DNA of 64,000 nt from Fibrobacteria bacterium (GTDB lineage Bacteria; Fibrobacterota; Fibrobacteria; UBA11236): the NCBI GenBank assembly GCA_043732185.1, contig JAYTHY010000136.1, positions 2,326 to 66,325 of the forward strand, read 5' to 3'. Positions 58,946 through 64,000 of the stretch are shown here, one piece after another (position 1 is the stretch's first letter; the number at the start of each line of letters is the position of its first letter). The position numbers and the translations under genes were made by a program. The notes beneath the pieces are model-generated. The model had not been told where the DNA came from and made no database searches. It was given only the letters and a program-made list of their open reading frames with translations.

Positions 58946-61225
58946 TCAAGCTAATTGAACAGCCTCAAGAAATAATTCCAGCTGGGCCTTTACCTCTTCG
59001 GCCGAATGCAAATTGGCAATGTGGCGAAGTAGATTTTTGCAATCCTCCGTATCCAAGTTTCTAATCGCCATTCTGATTGCATCTGCGGATGCCGGTGCAA
59101 TGGAAAGTTTGGAAATCCCTAGCGCCAGGAAAATGGGTAAAGCCTGAGGATCAGAAGCCATTTCTCCACAAACCGTGATGTCTTTGCCGCCCGCATTGGC
59201 TGCTGTGGTAATGCGCATCAAGGCCTGAATCAAGGCGGGGTGGAATGGCTGATAGTAGGAGGCGATTCTTTCGTTGCCGCGATCGATTGCAAACAGGTAC
59301 TGGATTAAATCGTTGGTGCCGATGCTGATGAAATCCGATTCTTGCACAAAATCTTTAATCTGCATCATGGCGGACGGGATTTCAATCATGGATCCGATTG
59401 GCGGCCGACGGAATTTTTTTCCGGTTTCCATTTCCAATTCCTGGAGGACGGAGTCGATTTCGCCCTTGATGGCCCTAAGTTCCGTAATCAAGGACAGCAT
59501 GGGAATAACCAGTCGGAATGGTCCGAGTTGGGCGGTTCGGAGCAATGCGCGCAGGTGTGGACGCAAAATGTCCGGTCGCTGCAAGAGCATGCGGATGGAG
59601 CGCCACCCCAAGCTGGGATTCTCTTCCTTGCCCCAATCGAAATACTTTAGTGGCTTATCACCGCCGACATCCAGCAATCGAAAAGTGGCACCATGTTCGC
59701 CGCATCGAGCCAAAACGCGGCTGTAAATTTCAAATTGGGTTTCCTCGTCCGGGAATTGGTTCCGGATCATGAAGAAAAATTCCGATCGGTACAGCCCCAC
59801 GCCTTCAATGCCGTTTTGCTCCATGACTTCCAGGTCGGCAAAGAGCGAGAGATTGCCGGACAATTGCATTTTATGCCCGTCCCTGGTTTTGGCTTCAAAA
59901 CCGGGAACGGACAATTGGCGGGTACCAAGGTCCTCCATGAGTCTGGCATATTCCCTCTGGACATGGACGTCAGGGTTGATATAGATGAGGCTGGAGTTGC
60001 CATCCATAATCACCCGGGTTCCATTTTCCAGGTAGGTGGTTAGACCGGGGATACCCATGAAGCAGGGGATACCCAAGGACCTGGCGAGAATCGCCGCATG
60101 GGACGTGATGCCACCGGTTTCGCAGAGTATTCCCGTGATTTTGCGCGTTGAGAGATAAATGAGATCGGAAGGCAGCAGCTCTATAGCAGCTATGATATTT
60201 CCCTCTTCCGCCTCAGCTTCAACGTTGCGGTTTTCTTTTACCTCGCCAAGTGCGTTTAGAATTCTTAGGCCCACGTCTCTAAGGTCAGCCGCCCGGGAAG
60301 ATAACATGGCATTGCCGGATTCCACCATGGATTTCACAATTTCGCGGGTAGCTAATTTTACGGCAAACGGTGCGGCCATATTTTCCAGAATGTGGCCTTC
60401 GATGAGGCCGATATAATGGGGATCCGCTAGCATCAATTCATGCGTATCGAAAATCCGGGCATCGAGTTCGGCAAAAAGTTCTTTAGCTCTCCTTCTTAAC
60501 CAGCGGCTTTCCTGCTTGGCAATTTCCAGGGCCTGGGCCAAGGTTTTCAGTTCGACTTGCGGATCCAGGCATTCTGTAAAAATGATCGTGTCCCAAACCT
60601 GATGGGTTTTGAGGATCATGGCGCGGCCATCGGCAATACCACCAACCGCCACATGGGCTCGGACAAAGGGCGGTGCGGCTTTCGGCACTTCTGGTTCGAC
60701 CAAAGAAATGGGCCGCAGTGAATTTTTGAGGCTGCGGTTTTCCAGAAGGTTGCCGAGCTGGGCTGCCAAGGTATAGGCCAAGTCCTCGACCATGGGTGAA
60801 AAGGGATGGGCTTCCGTGGATTGCAAGGTGATGACACCGGCACCGTGCTTGGCCGCGGGAGGAATGGGAATACCCAGAAAATTTTTCAGGCGATCTTCAC
60901 CCAGAGCCGGAAAATACTTATTGCGTGAATCGGCTTTGGGATTGGCAATGTTGACGATTTCACCGCTGCTGTAGGCAAAACCCGTCAAGCCTTCTCCCGG
61001 AACCATGCTGACTTCCGAGTCTGCACCCCGGTTCAACCCCTCACTGGCGGACAACCGCAGTTTATTGGTTTCCGTATCAAAAAGGTAAATGGAACACACA
61101 TCCACTTCCATCATATCAGAAATAAGTTTGACTACCGCTTCCAAAGCTGGGCGCGTAGTCGCGGACTCCTGCATGGTTTGCGCCACGGAGCGAATGATTT
61201 CCAGGGCTGTGGAGGCATCAGACAT
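58946..61225 (-). CDS. ptsP: Phosphoenolpyruvate-protein phosphotransferase PtsP (EI-Ntr) with an N-terminal GAF domain
   Basis: GAF domain (VDVCSIYLFD), the PEP-utilising His region GGITSHAAILARSLGIPCFMG, and a C-terminal PEP-binding TIM barrel. The ORF is open to 61339; the Met at 61225 matches PtsP N-termini. Confidence 0.8.
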   Translation of the reverse strand: MSDASTALEIIRSVAQTMQESATTRPALEAVVKLISDMMEVDVCSIYLFDTETNKLRLSASEGLNRGADSEVSMVPGEGLTGFAYSSGEIVNIANPKADSRNKYFPALGEDRLKNFLGIPIPPAAKHGAGVITLQSTEAHPFSPMVEDLAYTLAAQLGNLLENRSLKNSLRPISLVEPEVPKAAPPFVRAHVAVGGIADGRAMILKTHQVWDTIIFTECLDPQVELKTLAQALEIAKQESRWLRRRAKELFAELDARIFDTHELMLADPHYIGLIEGHILENMAAPFAVKLATREIVKSMVESGNAMLSSRAADLRDVGLRILNALGEVKENRNVEAEAEEGNIIAAIELLPSDLIYLSTRKITGILCETGGITSHAAILARSLGIPCFMGIPGLTTYLENGTRVIMDGNSSLIYINPDVHVQREYARLMEDLGTRQLSVPGFEAKTRDGHKMQLSGNLSLFADLEVMEQNGIEGVGLYRSEFFFMIRNQFPDEETQFEIYSRVLARCGEHGATFRLLDVGGDKPLKYFDWGKEENPSLGWRSIRMLLQRPDILRPHLRALLRTAQLGPFRLVIPMLSLITELRAIKGEIDSVLQELEMETGKKFRRPPIGSMIEIPSAMMQIKDFVQESDFISIGTNDLIQYLFAIDRGNERIASYYQPFHPALIQALMRITTAANAGGKDITVCGEMASDPQALPIFLALGISKLSIAPASADAIRMAIRNLDTEDCKNLLRHIANLHSAEEVKAQLELFLEAVQLA

Positions 61226-61274
61226 ATTGACTTTGGAAGGAGTTACAGAGGGGATCGGGAATTGAGCCGGCGCA

Positions 61275-61682
61275 TCAATCCCATAGGATTCCCGGTTTTG
61301 CTTCGGGAAGTTTGTCCTTGTTCTTCTTGGCCCATTCAAACTTTTTATTCAGCAGATCCAGCCGGCCGTCTTCGATTTTCTTGGCTTCATCAAATTTGGA
61401 AGCCAAATCTTGCGAGCGGGTTTTGTCCAATTTCATGAACTGTTCCAAACTGGTAGGCGCTTCCTTATGGGGAAAAAATTTAATGACCCCGCCCGTCGCT
61501 GCGTCCAGGATCAATTCGGCTTTGCAACAGGGACAGTCGAGTTTTATTTCCTTCGCATCCATACTCATGCCCTTTTTAAGCAAATTTTCGGTGTCTTTAA
61601 GGTTTTCCGACAGCCCCGTCCATTCCCAATATACCCTTTTATAACCTATTTCGCACCCGGCTTTGGACAAAAATTCAAGCAT
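61275..61682 (-). CDS. Small hypothetical protein (possible Cys-cluster plus coiled-coil)
   Basis: DCPCCKAELILD followed by a charged helical tail. The start is ambiguous (Met at 61568 is an alternative). It overlaps the longest ptsP ORF. Confidence 0.3.
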   Translation of the reverse strand: MLEFLSKAGCEIGYKRVYWEWTGLSENLKDTENLLKKGMSMDAKEIKLDCPCCKAELILDAATGGVIKFFPHKEAPTSLEQFMKLDKTRSQDLASKFDEAKKIEDGRLDLLNKKFEWAKKNKDKLPEAKPGILWD

Positions 61683-61748
61683 CGGTGGGTCAAAACTCCG
61701 GTCTTTGAATTAAGCTGGTGTGATATCTATCCCGCATATATTTAAAAA

Positions 61749-63554
61749 TCAAAACTTCTCAATTTTGAAAATATGTAGGACCTCTTTTTGAGGATTTAAT
61801 TCTACATAATTGTGACTGCCGGACCACACGAAACTCTCCTGCGTCAACAGATCAAAAACACCATAGATATTCTCCGCCTGCAGACCTATTTTTTGCAGAT
61901 CAACGCTGACGATTCCCGCTTGCTGCTGGTTCGGGTCCAGGTTCACGACAAATAAGAGAATATTTTCTTCCATGTGCTTGGAGTACACGAGGATATTGGC
62001 ATTGTTGCAGGTATGAAAATTAAGGTTTTTCAAACCATGCAAGGCTTGATTGGCGCGGCGGATTTCATTGACTGTGCGGATGAAATCCTTGATATTGCCG
62101 GGACGATTCCAATCCCATACCTTGTACTGATATTTTTCGGAATTGAGATATTCTTCCTTGCCTGGATACGGCACGTTTTCGCAAATTTCATATCCATTGT
62201 ACATGCCATAACACCCGGACAAAGTTGCCGCCAGTGCGAAACGGATTTTAAAGGCAGCGGGAGGCGCGTTTTGCAGATGCCAGGGAAGAATGTCCGGAGT
62301 GGTTGGAAAGAAAATGGGTTTCATAAAATGTTTCGAGGGGCCTTGGGTCAATTCCTCGCAGTATTCCTGCAATTCTTCCGCACTTGTTCGCCAAGTGAAA
62401 TAGGTGTAGGAAAGGTCAAAACCCAATTTTGCCAATCGCTTCATTACTTTCGGCCTTGTGAAGGCTTCGGCTAGAAAGATGATATTCGGATTTTGTTTTT
62501 TGATATCCGCGATCATCCATTCCCAAAACGCAAAGGGTTTGGTGTGGGGGTTGTCTACCCGGAAAAGGGTCACACCCATTTCCATCCAGAATTCCACGAT
62601 GGATTTTATTTCAAGCCATAACGCCCGGCTATCCTTGCAAAAGAAATTTAGGGGATAAACATCTTCGTAACGCTTGGGCGGATTCTCGGCGCATTTTATG
62701 GTTCCGTCTTTTTCTCGATAAAACCAATCCGGATGCGCCTTGACATAAGGATGATCGGGTGAACAATTGAGAGCGAAATCGAGTGCGATATGAAAACCCA
62801 TGGCCTTACAGCTTTTGAAAAATGCACGACATTGGCTAAGGGTTCCCAATTCCGGATCCACGGCTTTGTGACCACCGTGCGCATTACCGATGGCATACGG
62901 GCAACCGGGTTCCCCAGGCTTGGCCGTGAGGCTGTTGTTGACGCCCTTGCGTTTGGTGACACCGATGGGGTGAATGGGCGGCAGGTAGAGGACGTCGAAA
63001 CCCAAATCCTTGATGGCGGGAAGTCGGGCTGTCATTTCCTGAAAGGTGGCGCTTCGATTGGGATCGGTGCCTTGAGATTTTGCCCACATTTCGTACCAGG
63101 CACTGTACTGGGTCAAGGCCGAATCCACGCGCAGCGTTCCATAAGGACTAAAGACGCACGGGCTTTCCAGCTCCGGCTTGGATTTGCTGTCCGTGCTGGG
63201 CGCCGTGCTGGGTGCCGTTATAGCTTCGACGGTAAATTCATAATTGCCGGTGCCGGCTGCGGTAAACCGTCCGAGCCATGCATCGTTGTCGACAAAATGC
63301 ATTGGAGTACGCTGCCAGGTATTCTGACCGACGCGCCGGTACAGGAGAGTCGCTACGCATTTTTCATGGCCACCGCGATAAATATCCGCCGTCACAGCAA
63401 CGCTTTCTCCAGGTATGGCCTTGATGGGAAAGCGTCCGCCTTCAACCATAGGCTGAAGATTTTCCACAATCACATGAATGGTTTGAATCTCAGGAAGTGG
63501 GATGGCTGGACTTTTTGCGGATTTTTTTTTCACACTTTTTTTACTGGCGACCAT
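61749..63554 (-). CDS. glgE: Alpha-1,4-glucan:maltose-1-phosphate maltosyltransferase (GH13_3)
   Basis: N-terminal GRFPIKA...GESVAVTADIYRGGHE and LYLPPIHPIG...GNAHGGHKAVDPELGTL fit the GlgE signature as I recall it. Confidence 0.75.
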   Translation of the reverse strand: MVASKKSVKKKSAKSPAIPLPEIQTIHVIVENLQPMVEGGRFPIKAIPGESVAVTADIYRGGHEKCVATLLYRRVGQNTWQRTPMHFVDNDAWLGRFTAAGTGNYEFTVEAITAPSTAPSTDSKSKPELESPCVFSPYGTLRVDSALTQYSAWYEMWAKSQGTDPNRSATFQEMTARLPAIKDLGFDVLYLPPIHPIGVTKRKGVNNSLTAKPGEPGCPYAIGNAHGGHKAVDPELGTLSQCRAFFKSCKAMGFHIALDFALNCSPDHPYVKAHPDWFYREKDGTIKCAENPPKRYEDVYPLNFFCKDSRALWLEIKSIVEFWMEMGVTLFRVDNPHTKPFAFWEWMIADIKKQNPNIIFLAEAFTRPKVMKRLAKLGFDLSYTYFTWRTSAEELQEYCEELTQGPSKHFMKPIFFPTTPDILPWHLQNAPPAAFKIRFALAATLSGCYGMYNGYEICENVPYPGKEEYLNSEKYQYKVWDWNRPGNIKDFIRTVNEIRRANQALHGLKNLNFHTCNNANILVYSKHMEENILLFVVNLDPNQQQAGIVSVDLQKIGLQAENIYGVFDLLTQESFVWSGSHNYVELNPQKEVLHIFKIEKF

Positions 63555-64000
63555 GTTTTTCGATCAACTCCTGATAAAATTGGTAAGTCTGCTTGGCCAC
63601 TTGAGACCATGCGAAATGATCTTCCACGCGCTTTCTGGATTTTTTCGCCATCGATTGTCTTAGGTCCGCATTATCCAAGAGGGAATTGGTGGCATCGGCA
63701 AGGTCGCGGGAAAATTTATTTGCATCTTGCGGTTCGAAATCATTCGGGCCTTTAGCTTTGAACGGGACGAGCAGTCCGGTCTCGCCGTGTTGGACCACTT
63801 CGGTAATGCCACCAACGGCTGATGCGACTACCGGAGTCTCACACGCCATGGCTTCCAAGTTGATAATCCCAAAGGGCTCATAGACGGATGGGCAAATGAA
63901 AACGGCTGCATGGGTATACAGGGAAATGATTTCCCTTTTGGGCAACATCTGGGGAATCCAGATGATTTCATGATCGGAATCCTGTCGACTCGCTTCGACC
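63541..64000 (-). CDS. GT4-family glycosyltransferase, 3'-partial in the window (N-terminus beyond 64000); GlgM/GlgA-like
   Basis: C-terminal GT4 block YEPFGIINLEAMACETPVVASAVGGITEVV...GETGLLV. The frame is open to the window edge. Confidence 0.7.
   Translation of the reverse strand, partial: VEASRQDSDHEIIWIPQMLPKREIISLYTHAAVFICPSVYEPFGIINLEAMACETPVVASAVGGITEVVQHGETGLLVPFKAKGPNDFEPQDANKFSRDLADATNSLLDNADLRQSMAKKSRKRVEDHFAWSQVAKQTYQFYQELIEKHGRQ

Noticed and set aside
61275-61682. Small Cys-containing ORF considered as a zinc-ribbon regulator of ptsP.
   Set aside because: It has only three clustered Cys, an ambiguous start, and it overlaps the longest ptsP frame. I kept it as a low-confidence CDS rather than a finding.

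Overview
This 64-kb window reads as a bacterial chromosomal region of roughly 50% GC that is densely coding on both strands. Gene content suggests an FCB-group-like organism (Bacteroidota, Ignavibacteriota or Calditrichota-like); that is an inference, and several strong GGAGG Shine-Dalgarno sites argue against classical Bacteroidetes. The recognisable genes are mostly housekeeping: mlaE, glnD, argS, rsfS, panD, tRNA-Leu(CAA), miaB, nadA, korAB, aroD, ptsN, topB, rluD, lspA, dnaA, ptsP and glgE. The central feature is a complete aerobic respiratory module at about 19.7-35.3 kb on the plus strand: a DUF420/CtaM-like gene, ctaA, ctaB, alternative complex III genes actABCDEF, a small ActG-like ORF, sco, and caa3-type oxidase genes coxII-I-III-IV. 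I found no CRISPR array, rRNA, transposase or prophage. The regions I would look at first are: (i) a minus-strand operon of a TIGR02147/DUF4423-like protein plus three secreted or lipoproteins, one carrying a possible clan-CD (caspase/gingipain-like) His/Cys dyad, followed by an ECF sigma factor; (ii) a 1092-aa fusion of an HExxH metallopeptidase-like domain, a TolB-like beta-propeller and a C-terminal Omp85-type barrel; (iii) a serine-recombinase-fold protein with the catalytic Ser and Arg apparently replaced, directly upstream of topB; (iv) a 28-codon lysine/alanine-rich mini-gene with a strong SD and its own terminator; (v) a 5'-truncated coiled-coil repeat protein translationally coupled to an orphan mlaE; (vi) a run of 15-nt periodic repeats that places three consecutive in-frame stops at the topB terminus. 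All functional calls rest on motif recognition by eye; I ran no database searches.
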